Shown: piece after piece, positions 55,401 through 62,795 of the stretch | Position numbering within the stretch: the stretch's first letter is position 1 | Layout: every line of letters begins with the position of its first letter | Assembly (NCBI GenBank): GCA_027064425.1 | Contig: JAMOPO010000015.1 | Location: 320,001 to 384,000 of the forward strand | Source of the DNA: Methanobacteriota archaeon | Lineage (GTDB): Archaea > JAADCQ01 > Methanopyri > Methanopyrales > Methanopyraceae | Length of the DNA: 64,000 bases | Direction of reading: 5' to 3' | The notes under the pieces: model-generated | Database searches by the model: none | What the model was told of the DNA's origin: nothing | The model's input: the letters and a program-made list of their open reading frames with translations, nothing else | Position numbers and translations under genes: made by a program

Positions 55401-56116
55401 ACGACCTCGACGTCGAGGCCGGCCCGCTCGGCGAGATCGCGGATGCGCTCCTCGACCTGGCGGACGAGGGTGGTCGTGGGCACGATATAGTACACGCGCC
55501 GGCCCGCGTGGGCCAGGAGGGCGCTCATCAGCGAGGCCCAGGAGGTCTTACCCGTGCCGGTCGGGGCCAGGATCGAGAAGCTGCAGCCACGGATCAGGCG
55601 CCGCGTCCACACGGCTTGGGCGGAGTACAGCCGGAACCCGGTCGCCTCCTCGAACGCGCGGTTCGCGATCTCGGTGAAGAGCTCGGGCCAAACGTGCTCG
55701 CGGAAGAACTCCTCGACGCGCTCGCGGTCGACCTCGCCCCGCTCGGCCCGGTCGCGGAGGAGCTTGAGCACCAGGAGAACCTCGCCCACGGTCCCGTGCT
55801 CCTTCCGGGCGGTCTTGAGCGCGTCCAGGAGCCGATCCGTCTCGTAGGGGAGGCAGCGCTCGCAGATGCCGATGCGAGAGGTGAGCCGGATCGAGGAGCA
55901 GTCGCCACCGCAGATCACGCACGCGGAGCCGAAGATGGCGACGGGCTCGTTCGGGTCCGTCCCGGAGATGTCCTTCTCGCGGACCCGGTCCGGGTCCTCC
56001 AGGTGCTCCTCCAGCCGCTCGGACAGCCGCTCGATGGTCTCAGAACACTCCTGAAGGATCGGCTCGGCGAGGTCCTGGAAGCCCTCTGGGACGAGCTCCA
56101 GCACGTCATCCAGCAT
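52430..56116 (-). CDS. rgyB: Reverse gyrase subunit B (SF2 helicase + TOPRIM half)
   Basis: CVICGG...CERC, APTGTGKT, DDVD, YVQASGRVSRL, IVESPNKA, TDPDTEGE, SAGRVQTP. Ends before the catalytic GxITYxRTD region. Confidence 0.93.
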   Translation of the reverse strand: MLDDVLELVPEGFQDLAEPILQECSETIERLSERLEEHLEDPDRVREKDISGTDPNEPVAIFGSACVICGGDCSSIRLTSRIGICERCLPYETDRLLDALKTARKEHGTVGEVLLVLKLLRDRAERGEVDRERVEEFFREHVWPELFTEIANRAFEEATGFRLYSAQAVWTRRLIRGCSFSILAPTGTGKTSWASLMSALLAHAGRRVYYIVPTTTLVRQVEERIRDLAERAGLDVEVVSYHAAMPDERRRRAQERIREGDFDVLITTAQFLVHRVEELERLDFDVIFVDDVDAIIRGTGRNVDRVLRVAGLEQDEIDAAYRLANLRRRYYSLRDWLESLEERGEEERAERVRRDLEELEKELEELEEEVEEAKGRDLAQIVFMSATGAAAPSRRLAVVRELFDFEVGAGGEGLRNIQDLVVPKEPSPEAVREVVERVGPEGGLVFVPQRLPGGERAREVAEEIAEHLREHGIEARAVHAGTSAEEREEAIDAFAEGEVDVLVAVASPYGVIVRGLDLPQAARYAVFYGVPRQRIRLTPEEEDLKDVTYVASALSNLARLIDDTQLRSRLEGVAGRLWRIVRRGAWYRERVEEAVEDLSIEELQDLADRNADEIADELDVEPWLARNVRTLAEGVRELLNLLGDRERVERLAREATTVAVREEDGDSFLEVPDLRTYVQASGRVSRLFAGGVTFGLSFVLCDPDDDRELRLLNGLIRRMSYTYGTEFEWKSYPEELTADDIGLNLEGVSEEELDELVEKVDDDRERVRKILRGELEPEEAGKLARSALMIVESPNKARMIASLFSRRPSRRRLDGGVAYEAAAEGLHLTVVATQGHVADLVEDEGVFGVEQVGDRWVPVYDVLGRCRECGEQVVGREECPNCGGEVELKTPLLESIRDLAAEADVILIGTDPDTEGEKIGWDVFNYLGWVTAEVHRTEFHEVTRRGISEALEEENWKDVDAGRVSAQILRRVADRWIGFALSQDLWEVFKLLTIDLGERDRGTFIELRIRLPEGVKIIDFRRRFEDEDVPSRPVRVRREGDEYVVRTRISRGGQVTYVATLMDENRELGDAESVREDAVEVRAVVNGEEVEPDVELEAMTWLSAGRVQTPVLGWVIDRAREYEETEFYACRAQLPGDGEEETTALIEELRLPPELAERLSDAAIDVLRRVAREGADATFSEKELGRLAQTDLFEPVGDAYRLSDRARELLNERGLIGLLAELLKEVGG

Positions 56117-56696
56117 CGTCTTTCAGCCCCTCGACGGCGCGAACGAGTCGTTCTAGTCGGGCGTGGCCCCTGGCCAGCAGCCGGTTGCACATCTCGACCA
56201 GGTGAGGCCAGGCCTCCCTCCTGATCGTCTCGCGCCCGTCGATCTTGACGGGCACTTCCATGCGCTCGGAGCCGAGGATCTCCACCACCACTTTTGAATC
56301 TTTGATCGAGCGGATGGAGGAGGCCTTGAACCCGGCCTCGGAGGCGGCGGAGCGCAGGCGCCGGGCCGCCTCCAGGTCGCGGCACAGGACGTGGAAGAGC
56401 GGCGGCTGGGCCTTCAGCCACGTGAGACCCTCGTCCGGGGCGCGCCGGACGGCCTCGCGCACCTCCTCCACCTCGACCGGCTCGTGCCACTTCGCGACGA
56501 ACTCGGAGCCGCGCTTGTCCCCCACCTCGGGCTCGTGGAGCACGATGATGCGGCCCGAGCAGCTGCTCGTCGTGCAGTAGTCCGGGAGCGAGTTGATCGC
56601 CTCGAGGACGGGGATCGCCGGCTCGTCCACCTCGCCCCGCTCGATCGCCTCCTCGAGCTGGCGGAGGCGGCGCCGCTTCTCGCCCTCCCAGTGCAA
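56106..56696 (-). CDS. taw3: tRNA wyosine methyltransferase Taw3/TYW3
   Basis: G.VD, TTSSCSGRI, KWH, QPPLFHV, GFK.S. Confidence 0.9.
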   Translation of the reverse strand: MHWEGEKRRRLRQLEEAIERGEVDEPAIPVLEAINSLPDYCTTSSCSGRIIVLHEPEVGDKRGSEFVAKWHEPVEVEEVREAVRRAPDEGLTWLKAQPPLFHVLCRDLEAARRLRSAASEAGFKASSIRSIKDSKVVVEILGSERMEVPVKIDGRETIRREAWPHLVEMCNRLLARGHARLERLVRAVEGLKDDAG

Positions 56697-56755
56697 GGTC
56701 AGTGCCGCCTGAGCTCCTCATTTATCCTCGGCGTTCGGTCGCCTCATCATCCGGG
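56695..56755 (-). ncRNA. Box C/D guide sRNA
   Basis: ATGATGA-GGCGACCGAACG-CCGA-GGATAA-ATGAGGA-GCTCAGGCGGCA-CTGA; two 12-nt guides. Confidence 0.78.
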
Positions 56756-56764
56756 GGCTCGGGG

Positions 56765-57784
56765 TTGAAGGATCTCCGGAACTGTAAACTCTGCGCCTGG
56801 GAGTGCGGAGTAGACCGGCTCGAAGGCGAGCGCGGGGTCTGCCGGGTTACGGAGCCCGTCGTGGCCTCGAAACAGCTGCACCCGGCCCCGCCCGCGAGCT
56901 ACACGGTGTTTATGGCCGGGTGCAACTACCGCTGCCTGAACTGCCAGAACTGGGACATCGCGCACTTCCCGGACAACCCGGAGGGGCGCGTGCTCGGGTA
57001 CCAGGACCCGAAGGAGCTGGCCGTCGAGGCCGTGAACATGATCGAAACGCCGCAGGGTCGCGCGATCGGCGCCGACCGAATCTTCTTCTCCGGGGGCGAG
57101 CCGACCGTTCACCTCCCCTACGTTGAGAAAGTCGTCGAGCACTTCCGCGAGACGACGGACATCTGGAAGGTCAACTTCGACACGAACGGGTTCGCCACGC
57201 GGAAGAGCATGCGGCGGATCATCCGGCTCGCGGACTCGATCACGTTCGACTTCAAGGCGTACTCGGACGAGCTGCACCGCGCGATCACCGGCGCGCCCGT
57301 GGAACCCGTTCTCCGGAACCTGGAGCTGCTGATCCCCTCCCACCTGGACCTGATCTGGGAGGTCCGGATCCTGCTGATCCCGGAGGCGCACGACGAGGAG
57401 GAGATCCGGAGTATGTGCGAGTTCCTGGCGGACCTGGACGAGTCCGTTCCCGTCTGCTTCCTGGCCTTCCGGCCGAACTTCGTCCTGGAGCGGCACCCGG
57501 GCGCGCCGCGGAAGCTCATGCAGCGGGCCGTGGAGATCGCGCGGGAGTGCGGGCTGGAGAACGCCTCCTGGTCGGGGCTGCCGGACCTCGAGGGCGAGGT
57601 CCCGCCCAGGGTCCGGGAGCGTCGGGAGAGGCTGCGGGAGCGGTACGACGGGCACGAGGGCGCCGCCCTGATGGCCGGTTACGCCCGCGAGGCTGGGTGC
57701 CCGTGCCACCCGCGGGACTGCCTGAGCTGCTCGAAGATGAGCGAGTGCCCGGTGAAGCGGTACCGGGCGGCGCGCCGGACGTAG
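56765..57784 (+). CDS. Radical SAM protein (PFL-activase/PflX-like) with extra Cys clusters
   Basis: TTG 56765; CKLCAWEC...C, CNYRCLNC, SGGEP, DTNG, C-terminal CPC...CLSC...C. Confidence 0.85.
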   Translation: MKDLRNCKLCAWECGVDRLEGERGVCRVTEPVVASKQLHPAPPASYTVFMAGCNYRCLNCQNWDIAHFPDNPEGRVLGYQDPKELAVEAVNMIETPQGRAIGADRIFFSGGEPTVHLPYVEKVVEHFRETTDIWKVNFDTNGFATRKSMRRIIRLADSITFDFKAYSDELHRAITGAPVEPVLRNLELLIPSHLDLIWEVRILLIPEAHDEEEIRSMCEFLADLDESVPVCFLAFRPNFVLERHPGAPRKLMQRAVEIARECGLENASWSGLPDLEGEVPPRVRERRERLRERYDGHEGAALMAGYAREAGCPCHPRDCLSCSKMSECPVKRYRAARRT

Positions 57785-58333
57785 CTACTCACGCCAGCGC
57801 TGGAACTCCTTGAACCGGCGCTTGATTCGGCCCGGGACGCCGGGAGGGCTGAGCTCGCCCAGGTACCCGCGACCGTCCTCCTCCGAGATCCTGACCTCCT
57901 CCCGCAGCTCGGCCCGAAGGAGGAACTCGCACAGGCCCGCGTTCCGGATCACCGCGTCCCGTGGACGGAGCGTGACGGACCAGACGTAGTACACCTTGAA
58001 GGCCGTGTCCGGGAACATCCCGCCCCCGAGGTCGACCGCGAGCACGTCGCACGAGGGCTCGCCGAGGGCCTCAAGCACCCGCTCGAGCGTCTCATACTCC
58101 CGGGCGTCGCCCGGGACGAACGTCAGCTCCTCATGCTCCCGCTCCAGCTCGGCCATGGCCTCGCGCGCCTCCTCCCCGTAGTCCACGGCCACGACTCGCT
58201 CCGGACCGCGGCTTAGGATCCTCCGCGTGGCCGCGCCCTTGTGGCAGCCGAGCTCCACGACGGTGTCGCCCTCCCGCACGACTTCCCCGAGAAGCTCCCG
58301 GTAGCGGTCCACGGATCGCACGAGCGCGATCAA
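57785..58333 (-). CDS. Class I SAM-dependent methyltransferase
   Basis: VVELGCHKG, VVAVD, GDA. Confidence 0.75.
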   Translation of the reverse strand: MIALVRSVDRYRELLGEVVREGDTVVELGCHKGAATRRILSRGPERVVAVDYGEEAREAMAELEREHEELTFVPGDAREYETLERVLEALGEPSCDVLAVDLGGGMFPDTAFKVYYVWSVTLRPRDAVIRNAGLCEFLLRAELREEVRISEEDGRGYLGELSPPGVPGRIKRRFKEFQRWRE

Positions 58334-58378
58334 GCTCGGGCCCCGCTAGGCTTTTGTTCGGGCGGTGCGCGGATCCCG

Positions 58379-58446
58379 CCGGATGATGACGGTTTCAGGC
58401 GCCGAGTTCGGCCGGGGATGCGGATATCTCCCCGCACTGACCCCGG
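58379..58446 (+). ncRNA. Box C/D guide sRNA
   Basis: CCGG-ATGATGA-CGGTTTCAGGCG-CCGA...ATGCGGA-TATCTCCCCGCA-CTGA-CC-CCGG. Confidence 0.75.
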
Positions 58447-58509
58447 AGGGTGACGAGGGCCTTCCGGGGACCGAAGGGGGTGACGAGACCGGCCCGCGCT
58501 ACCGACTCC
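58445..58509 (+). ncRNA. Second tandem box C/D sRNA candidate
   Basis: GGAG-G-GTGACGA-GGGCCTTCCGGGGA-CCGA-AGGGG-GTGACGA-GACCGGCCCGCGCTA-CCGA-CTCC. Confidence 0.6.
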
Positions 58510-59602
58510 GGGTGACCACCACCACCGCCTTCCTGTTGTTCACCCCCACCCGGAACCGCTCCTCCGCGATCACCTCGCCGCCCAGCTCCCTCCTCAAGCG
58601 CCGGATCATCCGACCATAGTAACGGTCGCCGATGGACAGGCCGACCCCGTACTCGCCGAGGTCCAGGGTGGCGTGGCCGGCCCCGTCGATGTTCTTCCCG
58701 TGCGCCAGCCGGGTTAGGATGCTCCTGATCATGGCCGCGCTCGGCGGCGCGTCACCCGTCACGATCTCCCTGACCTCCTCCAGCGCCTCCTCCACCAGCT
58801 CCTGCGCCATCCCGCCGATCTCGAGGCCCCGAAGCTCCGTCAGGTCCGCCCGCGTGGTGCGGTGGCCCTCGATCAACGAGCCGTCGACCCACTCCCGCAG
58901 CACCAGCTTGGCCGCCCCCTCCAGGTCCCGGCCGAGCCGGTCGGCGATGTCCCGGAGGACCTCCTCCGGATCGTCCCTCTCCTCGACGTCGAAGCGCTCC
59001 TCGATCGCGCCGGGGTACTCGCGCAGCACCCGGTCGATCACGCGGGTCGCCGGGGTGACCGGGTCCTCAAGCACGTCCGGGTCGAGGGCACCGGCCTCCT
59101 CCCCGACCTCCTCCGTCGGCACGACTCCCGGCGAGTCGATGACGAGGAGCTTCCGGCTCCCGCGCACCCACATCTTGCCCCTCGTGTAGCCGGCCTCCCG
59201 TGACGTCTCGGTGGCCGACCGCCGGACGAGCGCGTTGATGAGCATGGACTTGCCGACGTTCTGCACGCCCACGACGCCCACGCGCACGGTCTCCACGTCC
59301 TCCGGCGCAACCTCGAAGATCGCGCGCCGCAGGTAGCGGATGCCCATACGCTCTCGGGCACTCACGTAAACCGTGGGCACTCCCTCCTCCGCCTCGATGC
59401 GCTCCTTGATCTCCTCCGCCCGGACCCGCGGGACCAGGTCCGCCTTGTTGAGCACGACCACCCGGGTGTAGTCGAACACGTCCTCGAGCCGCTCGAGCCG
59501 GTCCCACCGGGTCTCCTCCGGGTACCGGATGTCCCGGACGTCGAGGACCACGTGCGCCTCGGAGAGGACGCGCATCACGTGCCGGTACCAGCGCGGCGGC
59601 AG
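58499..59602 (-). CDS. Circularly permuted GTPase (RbgA/YlqF-like) with C-terminal extension; probable CTG start
   Basis: Motif order NKAD, SAR, GVQNVGKS, T, DSPG. Confidence 0.85.
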   Translation of the reverse strand: MPPRWYRHVMRVLSEAHVVLDVRDIRYPEETRWDRLERLEDVFDYTRVVVLNKADLVPRVRAEEIKERIEAEEGVPTVYVSARERMGIRYLRRAIFEVAPEDVETVRVGVVGVQNVGKSMLINALVRRSATETSREAGYTRGKMWVRGSRKLLVIDSPGVVPTEEVGEEAGALDPDVLEDPVTPATRVIDRVLREYPGAIEERFDVEERDDPEEVLRDIADRLGRDLEGAAKLVLREWVDGSLIEGHRTTRADLTELRGLEIGGMAQELVEEALEEVREIVTGDAPPSAAMIRSILTRLAHGKNIDGAGHATLDLGEYGVGLSIGDRYYGRMIRRLRRELGGEVIAEERFRVGVNNRKAVVVVTRSR

Positions 59603-59658
59603 GGTCGCGCCCCCCTTAGCCTTTTTATCCCGGTGTTAACTCTCGGTCGGCACCGGGG

Positions 59659-60777
59659 GTGGTCGGCATTAAATCTGACCTCGAGGTTCTGGAGACGCTG
59701 CAGCGGGACGTAGAGCCGGCCCAGGACGGAGCACTCCCGCGGCTGGTCGACGAGAAGATCGTCAAGGAGCTGTACGAGCAGGGTGAGCTGTTCGCCTCCT
59801 TCGGCGCCTACTACCGGCGGGAGAAGGGCTGCAAGGTGATGAAGGCGGCCGTGGACGGGGGCTTCGTTTGCCCGAACAAGGACGGTAGGATCTCGAAGGT
59901 GGGGTGCCTGTTCTGCCCGAAGATGGGCCGTACGATCATCACGCCCAACGTGGACCCGAAGAAGAAGATCGAGGAGCAGGCTAAGAAGCAGATGGAGGTC
60001 TTCCGGGAGCGGTACGGGGCGGAGAAGTTCCTCGTCTACTTCTACCCGGCGACGAACACGTACGCGCCGCCGGACGTGCTGGAGGAGCTGTACAACCGGG
60101 CGCTGGAGATGGAGGACGTGGTCGGCCTGTCCATCGGCACGCGGCCCGACTGCCTGCCGGACGAGGTCCTGGACCTGCTGGAGGATTACGTGAAGGAGGG
60201 CTACGACGTCTGGCTGGAGATCGGCGTTCAGTCGTACCACCACCGGACGCTGATGCGGGTGCGCCGGGGTCACGGCCTGGCCGAGGTCGTGGACGCGATC
60301 ATCCGGGCCAAGGAGCGGGGCATTCGGGTGGTCAACCACATCATCTTCGGCCTGCCGGGCGAGACGCGGGCTGAGATGCTGGAGACCGTGCGGATGCTCT
60401 CGGTGCTGGGCGTTGAGGCGGTGAAGCTGTACCCGCTGGTCGTCCTGGAGCGGACGGACCTGGAGTGCCTGTACAAGAAGCGGCGGTACAAGCCGCTGAG
60501 CTACCGGGAGTACATCCGGCTGCTCGCGGACGCGCTGGAACGGATGGCGCCGACCGTGCTCATCCAGCGGCTGTCGAAGGACCGGGCGCCGGACGAGGAG
60601 GTGATCGAGCCGGAGTGGGACCTGTACCGGATGAGGGTGATCTCCGACGTGCGGAAGGAGCTGGCGCGGCGCGAGTCGCGGCAGGGTGCCAAGTACAAGG
60701 TGGGGCTGGACGCGGACGAGCTGGTGCCGCTGGTCAAGGGGGCCACGGGCGCGGAGGGCTCGGAGGTCCCGACCTAG
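59659..60777 (+). CDS. Radical SAM protein, YhcC/TIGR01212-like
   Basis: GFVCPNKDG...GCLFC, TNTYA, IGTRPDC, RGH, IFGLPGE. Confidence 0.88.
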   Translation: MVGIKSDLEVLETLQRDVEPAQDGALPRLVDEKIVKELYEQGELFASFGAYYRREKGCKVMKAAVDGGFVCPNKDGRISKVGCLFCPKMGRTIITPNVDPKKKIEEQAKKQMEVFRERYGAEKFLVYFYPATNTYAPPDVLEELYNRALEMEDVVGLSIGTRPDCLPDEVLDLLEDYVKEGYDVWLEIGVQSYHHRTLMRVRRGHGLAEVVDAIIRAKERGIRVVNHIIFGLPGETRAEMLETVRMLSVLGVEAVKLYPLVVLERTDLECLYKKRRYKPLSYREYIRLLADALERMAPTVLIQRLSKDRAPDEEVIEPEWDLYRMRVISDVRKELARRESRQGAKYKVGLDADELVPLVKGATGAEGSEVPT

Positions 60778-60799
60778 CCTCCCCACGCCCGGACGCGTT

Positions 60800-60821
60800 C
60801 GTTACGAACCTCGAAACGATT
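60800..60821. repeat. Dispersed palindrome copy
   Basis: CGTTACGA ACC TCGAAACG ATT, immediately 3' of RNase P RNA. Confidence 0.78.
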
Positions 60822-60826
60822 CGGCG

Positions 60827-61289
60827 CGGCGGCGGCCGTGGGTGGGCTATAGCCCGCCTTCTGTAGTCTTAGCTGGCGGCATTCACCTCAGCGGCCCACC
60901 ATCCCCCTCCGGCCCGGTGTTCATCGGGGGCATCACCCTCGTATCATCGGGCTCATTCGGCCTCGCCCGCCGCCGGGCGGCCCGTTTCACCGATCCCGTC
61001 GGCGTCCTCTGCGGGTTAGCTCGGGCCCCGTCGCCGGGGCCCTTCTCGGCCCGCCGACGGCGGGCCTCAGCCGCGTCATCGCCATCCGCCGACGGACGTG
61101 TCGTTTCTGTGGCCGGACCCCGGCCTCTCGGCCGGCCCCGTCTCGGGGCGGCGGCCCGGGCCCGGGGGCGGAGCTTCCTCCCCTTAGCGGCCTTCCGGCC
61201 GCACCCCGACGGGCCCGCCCTCATTGCCGTGCTCCGGCGGGCCCTTCCTCGGGGCGGGGGAGCCGCCAGCCCACCCACGGCCGCCGCCG
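60827..61289 (-). ncRNA. rnpB: RNase P RNA (archaeal, type A-like)
   Basis: Minus strand has GAGGAAGCTCCGCC (P4), ACAGAAA, GGTGAAACGG, ACAGAAGGCGGGCTAT. Perfect 22-bp P1 (61289-61268 with 60848-60827); P8- and P9-like hairpins. Confidence 0.93.
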
Positions 61290-61378
61290 AGCGCCCCGGG
61301 ACGCCGGCGGCTAATAGCCGTTTCCCCGCCCGGCTCCTAAACCTTATTTTACCCTCAGCGAGGCTCGCCCGCCGAGGG

Positions 61379-62722
61379 ATGCCCATGAAGGTCCGAGAGG
61401 TAGTCTCCTTACTCACGGACGTGCTCACGGAGCACTACCGCTCCGGAGTCTCACTGAAAGAGTCATTCTACCGAGTGTTCGACGACCCAATGTCCGTTCC
61501 CAGCTCCAAGGCGCGCATGATACACCGCCGACTGATGGAGCTGGGCAAGCGGATCGGCCTCTGCGAGGAGGTCATCGACGACATCATCGAGTCCTCCAGC
61601 TTCGAGGACCTACGACCCGAGCTCAAGGGCGTCCTCGTCGCGGCCGCCGACGAGATCCTCTTCGAGGGCACCAACCCCGCCCTCGTCACCGACGCGGCCA
61701 CCCGGAAGGCCCGAAAAATGCTCCACGAGCGCGCCGCCGACTTCGTCCACGCCATCTGCTTCGACCTCGAGGAGTACGACCTGAGCCGGCTCAAGGAGCG
61801 CGGCTACGACGAGCTGTCCCTGGAGTACCACTTCCCGCCCGAGTTCATCGAGCACGCCCGGCGCGTGCTCCCGGAGGACGAGGTCGAGGAGTTCCTCAAG
61901 GCCTGCAACCGGCCGGCCACCAAGTACGTTCGGGTGAACACGCTCCACGCCGACTTGGAGGAAGTGGCCCAGCGCCTCAACGACGAGGGGGTGAAGGTCG
62001 AGCCCGATCCGCACGTGCCCGACCTGCTCAGGGTGGTCGAGGAGCAGGTACCCATCGTGCGCACCGAAGCGTGGCGGGAGGGCCTCGTGTTCACCCAGGA
62101 CAAGGCCTCCGCCCTCGTCGGTCACGTGCTCAACCCGCAGCCCGGTGAGTTCGTGGTCGACCTGTGCGCGGCCCCCGGCGGCAAGACGCTCCACGCCCTG
62201 TGCCTCATGGAGGGTGAGGGCGAGATCCTCGCCGTGGACAAGTCGGACTGGCGCCTGGAGGCGATGAAGGAGAAGCTCGAGTGGCAGCGGGTTCCGGACG
62301 GCGTGATCGAGCTGAAGCACGCGGACGCGCGCGACCTGCCGGAGGAGCTCGAGGACGAGGCGGACCGGGTCATCGTCGACCCACCGTGCTCCGGCATGGG
62401 TTCGGTGCAGAAGCGGCCGGAGACGCGGTGGAACCTCAGTCGGAAGAGGGTCCGGCGGTACGCCAAGCTGCAGGCGGAGCTCCTGGAGGCGGGCGTCCGG
62501 GTGGCGCGGCCCGGCGGGGTGATCGTGTACTCCACCTGCACGCTCACGCTGGACGAGAACGAGGGCGTCGTCCGACGGGTGATGCGCCGGCACGACGTGG
62601 AGCTGGAGGAGGTCAAGGCGGGCTTCGGCAGGGAGGGTCAGCTGAAGGGGACGCGGCGCTTCTACCCGCACTCCGACGACTGCCAGGGCTTTTTCATTGC
62701 CCGGCTAAGAAAACGCTCGTAG
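61379..62722 (+). CDS. RsmB/NOL1/NOP2 RNA m5C methyltransferase
   Basis: RVNT, QDKAS, DLCAAPGGKT, DPPCSG, YSTCT, ENE. The ORF-track upstream extension is antisense RNase P RNA. Confidence 0.92.
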   Translation: MPMKVREVVSLLTDVLTEHYRSGVSLKESFYRVFDDPMSVPSSKARMIHRRLMELGKRIGLCEEVIDDIIESSSFEDLRPELKGVLVAAADEILFEGTNPALVTDAATRKARKMLHERAADFVHAICFDLEEYDLSRLKERGYDELSLEYHFPPEFIEHARRVLPEDEVEEFLKACNRPATKYVRVNTLHADLEEVAQRLNDEGVKVEPDPHVPDLLRVVEEQVPIVRTEAWREGLVFTQDKASALVGHVLNPQPGEFVVDLCAAPGGKTLHALCLMEGEGEILAVDKSDWRLEAMKEKLEWQRVPDGVIELKHADARDLPEELEDEADRVIVDPPCSGMGSVQKRPETRWNLSRKRVRRYAKLQAELLEAGVRVARPGGVIVYSTCTLTLDENEGVVRRVMRRHDVELEEVKAGFGREGQLKGTRRFYPHSDDCQGFFIARLRKRS

Positions 62723-62795
62723 GGTTCCGGAAACGTCGAAAAGAAAAACTCAAAGCCGACCACCCGATTCGGTCCGCCTGGGGGTGCCGGGGCGC

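Noticed and set aside
60686-61378. N-terminal extension of the 678-aa ORF and the 181-aa minus ORF
   Set aside because: Both overlie RNase P RNA; the methyltransferase starts at 61379/61385.
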